The notes: generated from the sequence alone by a model not told the origin. Shown: positions 48,300 through 58,495, counted from the stretch's first letter. The stretch: 64,000 bases of DNA from Dehalococcoidia bacterium (GCA_965263185.1 OZ253588.1:1153454-1217453); one strand, 5' to 3'. Program-made: numbers and translations.

Positions 48300-48690
48300 A
48301 TGACCAGTCCTGTCTGCCCCCATACCGTATGAGAGGGCGGCCCCATGCCCTTCCCCTAGACCCCTGCTCCCCGTTAACCACAGGCCATTCCTGCGAAAGG
48401 AAACCATTGCGCAACTGCCACAACGCTCCATTTGATGTCATTCCGAGCGCAGCGAGGAGTCTAAGGCGTTGAGCCGTAGTCATGGGAAGATTCCAGCCAC
48501 AGGAACCCTCGTGGAGGATGAGAGCCTTTAGATTCCTCCCTCCGCTGCGCTCCGTTCGGAATGACAGTTGGGTCGTCTCTTCACAGGATGGCGCCCAAAG
48601 TCTCGCAAAGGTCTCCGAAAGCAGGAATCCAGGAGGAATGGGTCTTTGGACGCGGATGGGTGGCGCGCATGGGCGCTATGGATGCAGGAG
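48300..48690. repeat. Intergenic repeat cluster including a MITE-like inverted pair
   Basis: GTCATTCCGAGCGCAGCGAGGAGTCTAAGG (48437-48466) and its imperfect inverted copy (48525-65), about 58 nt apart, inside the dnaJ-prmA spacer. Confidence 0.65.
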
Positions 48691-48691
48691 G

Positions 48692-49828
48692 TCAAGAGCC
48701 CTTGCCGTCTTTGCCGAGGGCTCCCTTGAACTTCCCAAACCAGCCCTTATCGTCCTTGGAGCCGTTGCCCATAGTCTCCGCGAGCTCCATGAAGAGCCGA
48801 CGCTGACGCTCATCCAGGTGACTGGGCGTGATGACGTTCACGATGACCATCTGGTCGCCTCGCCTGCCCTTGGCGGAGTAGGGGATGCCCCTGCCCTTGA
48901 TCCGAAACTCGGCGCCGGACTGGGTGCCTCCCGGAATGCGTATGGTCTCCGGACCGTTCAGTGTGGGAACCTGCAGCTCATCGCCCAAGGCCGCCTGGGC
49001 GAAGTTTATTGGAAGCTCAAGCAGAATATCGTGGTCCCTGCGGGCAAAGATTTCGTGGGGCTGCACTCGAAGCTCTATGTACAGGTCGCCGGGCGTTCCG
49101 CCGTTGCTGCCTGCATCGCCCTCCCGTGTCAGGCGGACCTGCATCTCGTCCTCCACGCCGGGAGGAATATCCACCATGATCTTGCGATGCCGCCGTTCAC
49201 GCGCCGACCCACGGCAGTGGGAGCATGGGTTGGTTATAATGGTCCCCTCTCCGTTGCACTGTGTACACGGGCCCACCTGTGTGAACTGCCCAAAGATGCT
49301 GCGTTGGACCCTCCTGACCTGGCCCGCGCCGTTGCAATGAGCGCACTGCTCCGGGGATGACCCCGGCTCTGATCCCACGCCCCTGCAGGCGGCGCACTGC
49401 TCCACTCGCTCCACCTCTATCTCACTGCCCACCCCAAACACGGCTTCCTCAAAGGTGACGGTGGTGGCGGTATGCACGTCGCGTCCACGCTGGGGCGCCT
49501 TGCGCGTGCGAGCGCCGGAGCCTCCGAAGAAGGCGTCGAAGATGTCGCCGAATCCTCCAAAGTTCTCGGCTCCCTCAAAACCGTGGCCCGCGCCTCTCCC
49601 GCCTCCCACGCCCAGGTGACCGAAACGGTCGTACTGCGCCCTCTTTTGGGGGTCGCTGAGCGCCTGGTAGGCGGAGTTGACCTCTTTGAACTTCTCCTGT
49701 GCCCCCGGGTCCTTGTTCCTGTCGGGATGGTACTCCAGGGCCAAGCGGCGAAACTTGGTCCTTATGTCCTCCTGAGAGGCGCTGCGGGGAACGCCCAGAA
49801 CCTGATAGTAGTCTCTCTGATTAGCCAT
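48692..49828 (-). CDS. dnaJ: Molecular chaperone DnaJ
   Basis: J domain (DYYQVLGV..HPDRN), G/F region and four CxxCxGxG zinc motifs. Confidence 0.95.
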   Translation of the reverse strand: MANQRDYYQVLGVPRSASQEDIRTKFRRLALEYHPDRNKDPGAQEKFKEVNSAYQALSDPQKRAQYDRFGHLGVGGGRGAGHGFEGAENFGGFGDIFDAFFGGSGARTRKAPQRGRDVHTATTVTFEEAVFGVGSEIEVERVEQCAACRGVGSEPGSSPEQCAHCNGAGQVRRVQRSIFGQFTQVGPCTQCNGEGTIITNPCSHCRGSARERRHRKIMVDIPPGVEDEMQVRLTREGDAGSNGGTPGDLYIELRVQPHEIFARRDHDILLELPINFAQAALGDELQVPTLNGPETIRIPGGTQSGAEFRIKGRGIPYSAKGRRGDQMVIVNVITPSHLDERQRRLFMELAETMGNGSKDDKGWFGKFKGALGKDGKGS

Positions 49829-50010
49829 AACCTTAAATCATCCGTACAGATTACCAGCCTACATTATATTCCATGCCCTGCATAGGACACAACCGGATGT
49901 TTGGCGGCCCGGGGGCCGCTCCATACCCCCGGTGGCGGACAGCGCTATTGAACACGCCCCTTTGGTGGTAGTATCCTCAGAGCGCATCCCATAGACGGAG
50001 GAGTGGAGCA

Positions 50011-51203
50011 ATGCCAGGCCCCCTGAACGGAATCGTTGTGCTAGACCTTTCCCACGTTCTGGCCGGACCTTTTGCGGCCATGACCTTGGCGGATCTTGGC
50101 GCGCAGGTCATCAAGGTGGAACAGCCGGAGATAGGGGACAGGTCCCGGGCCAGCGGCCCGTTCATAGAGGGAGAGAGCTCCTACTTTATGAGCATCAACC
50201 GGGGCAAGCTGAGCGTGACCCTGGACCTGTCCAAAGCCAGGGGCAGGGAGGTCTTCCTGCAAATGGCCGCGCGGGCTGACGTGGTCCTGGAAAACCTATC
50301 GCCCGGAGCCATGAAGAGGCTGGGAGTGGACTACCCCGTCCTCGCGCAGATCAACCCGCCATCATCTACGCTGCGATATCCGGCTTCGGGCAGGACGGGC
50401 CATACGCCGGCAAGCCGGCGCTGGACGTCATTGTCCAGGGGATGGGAGGCGTCCTGAGCATTACGGGAGAGCCGGGTGGGCCGCCCATTCGCCCCGGCGT
50501 CTCACAGGGAGACATCACAGCCGGCCTCTTCGCCATAATCGGCATCCTGGCGGCGCTGCAAGAGCGCAGCCGCAGCGGCCTCGGCCAGATGGTGGACATA
50601 TCCATGTTGGATTGCCAGCTATCCATACTGGAAAACGCCTTTTCCCGCTACTTCGCCACGGGAGAAGTCCCCAAACCACTGGGAACCAGGCACCCCGTTA
50701 CGGCCCCATTCCAGGCGTTCCGCGCCAGCGACGGCTATATCACAATCGCTCTGGCCGACGGCCGGCGGGAGAAGTGGCCCCTGCTGTGCTCTGCCATAGA
50801 CCGAATTGACCTGATAGACGACCCGCGCTTCGATAACGGCTGGACGCGAAGCCTGCAATGGGACATCCTGGAGCCTATTCTGGCCGAGGCGATTAGCAAG
50901 AAGACCACCCAGGAGTGGCTGACGGAGCTGGAAGCCCTGGGTATCCCATGCGGCCCCGTGAACACCATAGACCAAGCGGCCCATGACCCCCAAGTGAGCC
51001 ATCGCGGGATGATCAAGGACGTGCCTCATCCACGCCTGGGCAAGGTGACTATGATAGATACCCCGGTGAAGCTGTCCCGCACCCCGGGCGGCGCCGAACT
51101 CCCGCCCCCAGACTTAGGGGAGCACACCGTTCAGGTACTCATGGAGATGCTGGGCCTCACCGAGGAGCAGATAGCCTCGTTGAGGGAGGAAGGGGCCATA
51201 TAG
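50011..51203 (+). pseudogene. Family III (CaiB/BaiF) CoA-transferase carrying a 1-nt frameshift
   Basis: The frame of ORF 50011-50457 gives ..VDYPVLAQINP and then nonsense. The conserved IIYAAISGFGQDGPYAGKPALDVIVQGMGGVLSITGEPG continues in the frame of ORF 50442-51203. The switch is at about 50358-50361 (CCCGCC). Confidence 0.75.
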
Positions 51204-51213
51204 CGCGCAGGCC

Positions 51214-51819
51214 CTAACCGGCCTCCTCAAACAGCGGCCGCGCTCCCTCAAGGTCCTCAGGCGAGTTGACGTCCACCCTCACAACGGGGTTGTCCATCGG
51301 CAGTTCGTAGATGTCGTCGCTATGGCGGCGGGTGATCTCCCTCATGCCCTGGCCCTCCTCAGTGATGGACATGATCTCAGGGACAAGGCTGGATGCAAAC
51401 ACCATCGGATGGCCCCCGCGCCCCTGGTACACAGGGCTGGTAATGAGCGCGGACGTCGCCAAGTGGGCCTCCAGAATGGGCCGCAATACGCTTGGCGGCC
51501 TGGGTTGGTCCACCGCCAGCAGCAGGACTCCCCGGACCGGCCCGGAGATGGCGCGCACACCCGCCTTGATGGAGGTTGTCTTCCCCTGCTTGTAGTCCAG
51601 GTTGACCACGGTAGTTACCCCGGACCTGCCCCTTACCGGCGCTCCAACCTCATCTGCCCGGTGGCCCACCACCACGACAACCTCGGCGACTCCCGCGCTC
51701 AGGAGAGACTCCACCTGGTACTCTATCAGGGTTGAACCCTGCCAGGGCAGGAGGGCTTTGAGCCGCCCCATGCGGGTGGACTCCCCAGCGGCCAGGAGAA
51801 TAGCGGAGATGCCGTCCAT
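51214..51819 (-). CDS. MobA/MocA-like molybdenum-cofactor nucleotidyltransferase
   Basis: ILLAAGESTRMGRLKALLP N-terminal motif. Adjacent to xdhC. Confidence 0.75.
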   Translation of the reverse strand: MDGISAILLAAGESTRMGRLKALLPWQGSTLIEYQVESLLSAGVAEVVVVVGHRADEVGAPVRGRSGVTTVVNLDYKQGKTTSIKAGVRAISGPVRGVLLLAVDQPRPPSVLRPILEAHLATSALITSPVYQGRGGHPMVFASSLVPEIMSITEEGQGMREITRRHSDDIYELPMDNPVVRVDVNSPEDLEGARPLFEEAG

Positions 51820-51829
51820 TACCGGTATG

Positions 51830-52951
51830 CTATACCGGGACCCCCACCTTTTGGGCCAGCCTCTGGAGGTATCTGCCCTCCATAGTCATAGCCTTGCCGG
51901 GGCGACCCTCGCGGGATGCCACAATCTCCGCAACTATGCTCATGGCTATCTCCTCCGGCGTCTTGGCGCCGATGTCCAGGCCAACGGGCGCATGGACAGC
52001 CTGCAACCTCTCCAGGGGGATGCCATGCCGAAGCAGTTCTTCGTAAATGAGGATGGTCTTGCGCCGGCTGCCCACCAGGCCCACGTAGCCTGCGGGGCTG
52101 CGAACGGCAGCCTCCAGGGCGCGGTCGTCCTCGCGGTGCCCCCTGGTCGCTATCACAACCGAGCTGTTGGGGCGAATGTCCAGTTGGGTTAGACCCTCGG
52201 CGTAGTCAGCAACCACCACGCTGTCGGCCTCTGGGAACCGCTCTTTGTTGGCGAACTCAGGCCGGTCGTCTACAACGTGCAACCGCAGGCCCATCATCTT
52301 CACCAGTGGAGCCAGGGACTTGCCTATGTGGCCTCCTCCCGCAACTATGACGGAGGCCGGCATGGTATAGCCCTCCAGGAAGACCTGCGCGCCGTCCTGT
52401 GTGACCAGCACCTTGACCCTCCCGTAGTCCACAAGCCCACGGAGAGCCTCGGACACCTCCTTGTCACGCAGTGGGTCGCCCACGGATCCACTGACCTCCC
52501 CGTCATCTCCGATAAAGAGCTTGTCCCCCACATTTCCCTTGTCCTGGGAAGGCTTCAGAAGAGTGGCCAGACCCACGCCGGGTTTCCCGTCGTACGCGCC
52601 GACGATTTCGCTCACGGGCTGCATGACAGCCCCCGGCTCCAGGACGGGGTCAATGAGGAAGTACATGGTGCCGCCGCATACCAGCCCCTCCCTGGCCGCG
52701 ATGTCCTCGTTCAACTCGTAGTCAGTAACGGTGGGCCCTCCGCCCTCCTTCAAGAGCATCTTGGCGGCAAACCATATGTCCCCTTCCACGCAGCCGCCTC
52801 CCAGGGTGCCCACGCCGCTGCCGTCCTCGCGCACCAGCAGCTTGGCTCCGGGCTTCTGGGGAGTGGACCCCTTGGCGCCCACCACCGTGGCGATTACAAA
52901 CGGCTCGCCTTTATCCAGCAGATTCAATGCTTCCCTGAAAACTTCTTCCAT
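51830..52951 (-). CDS. XdhC/CoxI family accessory protein
   Basis: VIATVVGAKGSTPQKPGAKLLV..GTLGGGCVE N-domain and a Rossmann-like C-domain (VIVAGGGHIG). Confidence 0.85.
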   Translation of the reverse strand: MEEVFREALNLLDKGEPFVIATVVGAKGSTPQKPGAKLLVREDGSGVGTLGGGCVEGDIWFAAKMLLKEGGGPTVTDYELNEDIAAREGLVCGGTMYFLIDPVLEPGAVMQPVSEIVGAYDGKPGVGLATLLKPSQDKGNVGDKLFIGDDGEVSGSVGDPLRDKEVSEALRGLVDYGRVKVLVTQDGAQVFLEGYTMPASVIVAGGGHIGKSLAPLVKMMGLRLHVVDDRPEFANKERFPEADSVVVADYAEGLTQLDIRPNSSVVIATRGHREDDRALEAAVRSPAGYVGLVGSRRKTILIYEELLRHGIPLERLQAVHAPVGLDIGAKTPEEIAMSIVAEIVASREGRPGKAMTMEGRYLQRLAQKVGVPV

Positions 52952-53483
52952 GACTGCTCCCTAATTACTCAGGATTTGGAGATATACCACAGGGCTAATT
53001 ATACCACATCGCGTTGAGTTTGCCTCAACAATTTGGACGCAGGGTCGCGATGGGCAAGTCCATTGTACTCCATTCTCCCGTTTTGCGCACGGAGACGAGT
53101 GCAAAATAGAATCCCTATAGCACCGGCCAATACTGTCCGCACTCCCGTTCCCCTTGATCTAGCCTAGCCCCTAGGGTAGTTGGCCCTGCCATCGTCTCGG
53201 ATTTAGTCGGCTGCCAAGGTAGAAGTGAAAACCTGTAGTCAAGGTCTGGCACCGTGCCCCCTTGCGAGAGGTTTTCACTTGACTCCGGCGACAATGGCAC
53301 GTAGCCAGATCCCACAGCTCATTGAAAGGCAGGTCGCCAAAGGAGTATGCTGAAGCTGTAACTCCACTCTACTAGCCTCGGATACTAATAACGGGGTAAG
53401 GTCAGTAGAGCCTACCATGCTCAGTAGATTTGTCCTACCAAATTGGTACAGAGAAGCAGGCTAATGTCTAGAGGGGGTGGACT

Positions 53484-54524
53484 ATGGTACAGAAAAATGC
53501 GAGCAAGGGCAAAACTTCGCCCAGCCATAGATTCCAGACGCTGATCCGTCGATTGTCGCAGGCAGGGTTTGACAAAGGATTCGTTCGCCCAGCCCTTCTG
53601 CCTGACTGGTGGGATGAAACTTGCGACCAAGACCCCGATCTGTTGCCAGACTTCGAAATAAGGGTGGCAAGGTTTTTAGGGATGCCTCTCACTAGCATAC
53701 GGGACTCTGGCACCACTTTGGCCCTACCACCATTTCCGGGTGCGAAGCTACGTCGGGTGCGAGACGTTGATAGTGAGCGTCTAAAACCAGCAATTCACTT
53801 GGCTGTTAGGATTGCTGAAGCAACAGTTCGTAGTCTTCGGGACCCCACATCCCAACCTGTGATACCTCCCATTGACGGGATCGAATGGCGCAAGAACATT
53901 GAGTCTAATGGCTCTGCCATCACTCTGGATCAGATGCTCGGCGACCTGTGGCTACGTGGCATCCCCGTCGTTCCGCTGGAAATAATCCCAGCTCCCAGTT
54001 TCCAGGCCATTGCGTGCATCGTAGAGGACCGGCCCGTAATCTTGCTTGGCTACAAATATGACGAACCCGGACGCATAGCCTTCTTGTTGGCACATGAGGC
54101 CGCGCATCTCGCTGTGGGCGACTGCGATTCCGACCATATCGTCTTAGATGGTGAAGAAGGGATTGTAGATGAAACGGACATTGAAGTTAAGGCTGACCAG
54201 TATGCTCACAATGTGCTTGTCGGGGAGAAACAAATACCTGAACTGGAGAATCGAGAGTTCAAGGGAATTGCCAAAGAGTCGGCGGAACAAGAACGTTTGA
54301 CGGGTATCGACGCCGGAATTATCATAGCGGACTGGGCTTCGCGCACACGGGAATACGCCAAGGCTACTATGGCGTTGAAAGCCCTCTATCGGAGTTCAGG
54401 CGGAAGGCAAAAGATTGGTCGGTATTTTAATAGTCTGGTTGACGTTGCGTCCGCGACCGAGAGTGACCGCAACCTGCTACGCTGTGTGTACGGCGTGTCG
54501 AATTTGTATGAAACTGTTGGTTGA
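53484..54524 (+). CDS. ImmA/IrrE (COG2856)-like zinc metallopeptidase domain protein
   Basis: HExxH motif in FLLAHEAAHLAVGD. 346 aa. No recognisable HTH. First gene of an overlapping operon in a lower-GC island. Confidence 0.65.
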   Translation: MVQKNASKGKTSPSHRFQTLIRRLSQAGFDKGFVRPALLPDWWDETCDQDPDLLPDFEIRVARFLGMPLTSIRDSGTTLALPPFPGAKLRRVRDVDSERLKPAIHLAVRIAEATVRSLRDPTSQPVIPPIDGIEWRKNIESNGSAITLDQMLGDLWLRGIPVVPLEIIPAPSFQAIACIVEDRPVILLGYKYDEPGRIAFLLAHEAAHLAVGDCDSDHIVLDGEEGIVDETDIEVKADQYAHNVLVGEKQIPELENREFKGIAKESAEQERLTGIDAGIIIADWASRTREYAKATMALKALYRSSGGRQKIGRYFNSLVDVASATESDRNLLRCVYGVSNLYETVG

Positions 54525-54920
54525 TACTGATGCCTTTTGCAAGTTGTCTGCGAGCGGATTGTTCTTCAAGGCGATTGATCTCCTTGGGGCAGATATCACC
54601 GAATGTGCTCGGTTACCGGCCCTTCCGTACATGCTAAAGAAGGGCCGATTGAGGACTATGTATGGCCCTGCAGTATGTGACGAATTGATGCCGATTGCTC
54701 ATAGTATGCCCATCGTGGATTGCACTAACAACGTCTGGCTGGACAAGTTGACGTTGGTGCAATCAATAGACCCTGGTGAGGCTCAACTCTTCGCAATGGG
54801 CGCTGCGACCGGGTTTCTAGTGATGACCGGAGACAAACGTGCACTTCGTGAGCTAAAGAGTATTCCCGATTTCCCCCAATTGCTTTCCGGACGTATAGTC
54901 GTATTGGAGACTGTTCTAAT
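54508..54920 (+). pseudogene. PIN-like domain protein, N-terminal fragment (split by IS1380-family insertion)
   Basis: MKLLVDTDAFCKL.., DPGEAQLFA and LVMTGDKRALREL give the D/E/D pattern of PIN-like nucleases. It overlaps the upstream gene by 17 nt, and the frame runs into the IS at 54921. Confidence 0.55.
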
Positions 54921-56625
54921 CCCGAATCCACCGAAGGACACGGATGGGCGGCGTGAGGACCGGAGAAGGGGGATGAGAGAGCTACAGGGGAGATGGCCTG
55001 GGCTCGATTGGGGTAGATGGGAGGTCGGCGGAGGGACTTCAGTCACCGCACAGGCCCCCAATGGCCGTCTGCGGGAGCTGGGATGCGGGGGATGGCAAGA
55101 GAATAGGCAGCAGGGAACTCCCGCGGAGCTGGTTGGTGCGAGTTGGCGGGGACGTTGGGTCAGTGGCGGAGGGCGCCGTCAGGCTGGGAGTGGAATGGCT
55201 CGCAGCCGGGCCAGGGCGCGACTGAACTGGGTATCCCAGGGCCAGCGCCGGGGAAGATGCAGGGTCAATCGGCGTGCCGAGCGAGTGAGCCGTCCGGCCA
55301 AGGCGAAGACCCGTCGTCTGAGGGTCTTGGTGGTCACGATCTGCTCACCCAGGCCGATGCGGGCTGTCCAGCGGGCCAGGTTGTGTGCCATCACCTGTAC
55401 CGCCAGCCAGGCTCCGTTGGCGGCGAAGCGGCCGGACGGCATGTGGTTCAGTCCGACACCGTACTTGAGGTCGCGTATCGCATTCTCGATCTCGGCGTGA
55501 CGGCGATGATCAGCCTCCAGTTCGAGCATCTCCCCATCGCGGTCGGTGATGAAGCCGTGATAGCTGTAGGTGGCGAAGAGGGCCAACTGGGAACCGGGCG
55601 TGGGCTTCACCCGCCGGACGATGAGCCGCACCGGCGCGGCGTCGGGCTCACTCTGGAAGGGGATATAGGTGGTCTCTGCCACATCGGCGGCGCCGTCCAT
55701 CCAGTAGGGAATGGGAGTCCAGTCCTCTTCTGGTATGGCCTCGATGACATTGTGCAGGCTTTTGTGCTGGCGGATGGTGATGGAGAAGCGGACATCCATC
55801 TTGCGGCAGACGGATACCACGCTATGAGCGTAGAAGCCGCTGTCGGCCCGCATCGTGAGTTGTCCCCTGGCCCCGCCGTAGCGAACCCGGCTCACCGTTT
55901 CACGCAGGAAGTGCGCGGCGCCGCGGGCGGTGTTGGCCCGGCCCTCCCGCAGCCGGGCCAGCAGCACGTCTCCGGTTCCGGCGGCGACGGCCAGCAGCGG
56001 GTGATAGCCCCGCACACCGGTGTAGCCGTGGTGGCGTGCGCCCTCCTTGGCCAGTCCGTAGGTCTCGCAGATGGTGGAGTCCAGGTCGATGGTCAGGGGC
56101 CCGTCGCCTGGTCCGGCCCCAGCCGCCCAGGCCCGGGCCAGCAACTCGCGGCTCACCCGGTCCAGTTGGCGGACATGGCCCCACCTGAAGCTGCGCAGGA
56201 AGGCGCCCAGGGTGGAGGGAGCCTTAGCCGTGAAACCGAGAACGCGGGCGATCCCCCCGGCGCGTAGCACATCGGCGTCGTCGATGCAGTCGCCACCGGC
56301 CAACGCGGAGGCCACCAGCGTCATCATCTTGTCACCGGTGTTGGCTCTGCCTTTTGCATGGCCCAGGTCCAGGCGCCGGTCAACCAGTTGGGGCAGGCCA
56401 AGGCGCAGGGCCAGGGTGGACGGAAGAATCAGCCCGGCATTGGCCACCAGGCGGTGATCATCGAAGGCGATGCGGATGCGGTCGGGTTGGTGGCGTGGTA
56501 GCATCTATTGGGTGCTCCTTTTCCGGGACTGGTTTGCTGTTACAAAACCATTATCCCAGATTCAGAGGAGCACCCTTTGGCCACTTCAGGACGCTGACCC
56601 GACGCCCTCCTTCGGTGGATTCGGG
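54921..56625 (-). mobile_element. IS1380-family insertion sequence, copy 2 (1705 bp)
   Basis: Same 17-bp terminal IRs as copy 1. 5-bp target duplication CTAAT (54916-54920 and 56626-56630). Confidence 0.9.
55179..56504 (-). CDS. IS1380-family DDE transposase
   Basis: 441 aa. Differs from the copy-1 protein at a handful of positions clustered in the N-terminal half. Confidence 0.85.
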   Translation of the reverse strand: MLPRHQPDRIRIAFDDHRLVANAGLILPSTLALRLGLPQLVDRRLDLGHAKGRANTGDKMMTLVASALAGGDCIDDADVLRAGGIARVLGFTAKAPSTLGAFLRSFRWGHVRQLDRVSRELLARAWAAGAGPGDGPLTIDLDSTICETYGLAKEGARHHGYTGVRGYHPLLAVAAGTGDVLLARLREGRANTARGAAHFLRETVSRVRYGGARGQLTMRADSGFYAHSVVSVCRKMDVRFSITIRQHKSLHNVIEAIPEEDWTPIPYWMDGAADVAETTYIPFQSEPDAAPVRLIVRRVKPTPGSQLALFATYSYHGFITDRDGEMLELEADHRRHAEIENAIRDLKYGVGLNHMPSGRFAANGAWLAVQVMAHNLARWTARIGLGEQIVTTKTLRRRVFALAGRLTRSARRLTLHLPRRWPWDTQFSRALARLRAIPLPA

Positions 56626-56829
56626 CTAATTGCTCTTTGTGATCGGTTCGGGCCTGACAAGATACGCCAATGCATTCAGGGACTGGCCGCATGGGACATA
56701 GTCGCCCGGAATAGTTTCTCCTCTGGCAACACCGATCCTCGGGATGGCCTGAACTCGTATTACAATGACCTCGAGGTCGAAGTCGACCCGTTAGTCCTGT
56801 GGAATCCTAGATCGCAAGGGAACTCATGA
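56626..56829 (+). pseudogene. PIN-like domain protein, C-terminal fragment
   Basis: Removing the IS and one TSD copy restores ..VVLETVLIALCDRFGPDKIRQ.. in frame. The stop overlaps the next start (ATGA). Confidence 0.55.
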
Positions 56830-57866
56830 CTTTCGGCTCTTGCCATTACGTGCCTGTATTGAAAATGAAGCGTGGTGAAAAGGGCGCGCTTCGTGCCATC
56901 ATACCTAGCCTTCGACCACGCATTACACCATTGCTAGAAATTGTGGAGAGAACTAAACCCACAGTGGGGGAGCACCTCGATACTGCTTTCAAGGATCTTG
57001 CAGAGAGCCTTCAAGGATACCAGCGTTGTTTCCTAGACACCCGTGCAATCGCTCTGGACGGCCCACCGGCTGCAGAAGAAGTCTTCAATCGGGCGAATGC
57101 GGCTGGTATTTCCTTTACACCAGTTACTGGAGTCACTAGGACCGAGGACGTTGCTGCTGCCCTTAGCCACAATTCCAACGGAGTGGCCTTACGTCTAACC
57201 CGTCAGGAATTCGAGGACGGACTCCTCCCCGGAGCTATTCCAAGAGTAATGGGTACGCATGGGCTTACTCCAGAGGAAATAGACCTCATAATTGATCTGG
57301 GCCCAGTTGATGATTTCGTTACCGATGGTATTGTCGCGTTAACCAACGCCTTTCTCGCAGAAGTCCCCCATCATACAAGATGGCGGACATTCACCATTTC
57401 AGGATGCGCATTCCCGCCGAACATGGGGATAGTACCACGAAACTCTTATGCTTATGTTGAGCGTACAGAGTGGCTTGCTTGGAGAGATAATCTCCGGGCG
57501 AGTGCGAATGCGATTCCACGTGTCCCAACATTTAGCGACTGCGCCATTCAGCACCCCATTGGCGTGGAGGGCTTTGACCCAACGTTCATGAAAGTCTCTG
57601 CCTCCCAAAGATACACGCTAGATGAGCACTGGCTTTTAATTAAAGGTGAAAGCACAAAGAACTTTCCAGCAAGGGATCAATTTCCAAGTCTAGCCACCCA
57701 ACTAGTTTACGGATTTCATAGGGGTTCTTATATGGGACCCCAGCATTGTCAGGGATGTGAACAAATTGAAAGAGCGGCAAATGGTGAACCCAAACTCGGT
57801 TCAGCAGAAGTTTGGCGCCGGATCGGCACAATTCACCACATTTCTACAGTTGTGCAGCATCTGTAA
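56826..57866 (+). CDS. Beta-protein / sce7725-like family protein (function unknown)
   Basis: The N-terminal YVPVLKMKRGEKGALRAI matches, from memory, the YxPxLKxKxGExxAL hallmark of the Beta_protein family. 346 aa. Confidence 0.55.
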   Translation: MTFGSCHYVPVLKMKRGEKGALRAIIPSLRPRITPLLEIVERTKPTVGEHLDTAFKDLAESLQGYQRCFLDTRAIALDGPPAAEEVFNRANAAGISFTPVTGVTRTEDVAAALSHNSNGVALRLTRQEFEDGLLPGAIPRVMGTHGLTPEEIDLIIDLGPVDDFVTDGIVALTNAFLAEVPHHTRWRTFTISGCAFPPNMGIVPRNSYAYVERTEWLAWRDNLRASANAIPRVPTFSDCAIQHPIGVEGFDPTFMKVSASQRYTLDEHWLLIKGESTKNFPARDQFPSLATQLVYGFHRGSYMGPQHCQGCEQIERAANGEPKLGSAEVWRRIGTIHHISTVVQHL

Positions 57867-58440
57867 TTCTTTTCCTGACCCTAAGCTGGGTCCTCACCCT
57901 GTCGGCGATTTCCTGTGTTTTGAAGAAATGACACACTTTGTCCCAGACAACCCTGCGAGGCTTTCCACGTACGCCACGCGCCGCAGAGCGTTCTTCCAGA
58001 AGTGCGATGGCTTCGTTATGCCATAACAGCTCAACCAAAGCCCTAGAATCGACAGATACGTTTTTCTTGGGTCGCCTTATAGTCTTAATTCTTGAAGTTC
58101 TTGGACCACCCGTAAAGAGTAAGACCCCCCACCATTCAGGAACGATCTCCAGGACTGAAGTGAGGTGACGTTCGCCCACAACTATCGTGGCCCGGTCTAA
58201 TACTTTACTGTACAGCTCAACCTGATGGTCGAGGCGATGTAGACTGTCACGATCAGACTTAATTTCGTATCCCTCGAGAGAGGAATTTACCACCAACATG
58301 TCTATTCGCACTGAACCCCGACAGATTCCGAGCTCTTCAATTAACAGGAAATCTGCGCAATTTGTATGTCTACTGAACAGCCGCTGACGTAACGCTTGTC
58401 GAATATCTGAGTCACTCGAAAGGGGGTTCCGGTTATCCAT
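57844..58440 (-). CDS. sce7726-like protein, predicted PD-(D/E)xK nuclease fold
   Basis: IEELGICRGSVRIDMLVVNSSLEGYEIKSDRDSLHRL gives a D..E-x-K arrangement. Start is ATG 58440. The 3' end overlaps the convergent gene by 23 nt. Confidence 0.55.
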   Translation of the reverse strand: MDNRNPLSSDSDIRQALRQRLFSRHTNCADFLLIEELGICRGSVRIDMLVVNSSLEGYEIKSDRDSLHRLDHQVELYSKVLDRATIVVGERHLTSVLEIVPEWWGVLLFTGGPRTSRIKTIRRPKKNVSVDSRALVELLWHNEAIALLEERSAARGVRGKPRRVVWDKVCHFFKTQEIADRVRTQLRVRKRITDAAQL

Positions 58441-58495
58441 GCCGTTCGGATTCTCCTTAAGTGATCCTGTTCTCACTCTACCACGTCCCGAAGCT

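Noticed and set aside
50340-50370. Programmed ribosomal frameshift in the CoA-transferase gene
   Set aside because: There is no slippery heptamer (X XXY YYZ) or stimulatory structure at the junction. A 1-nt indel in a CCCGCC run is the simpler explanation.
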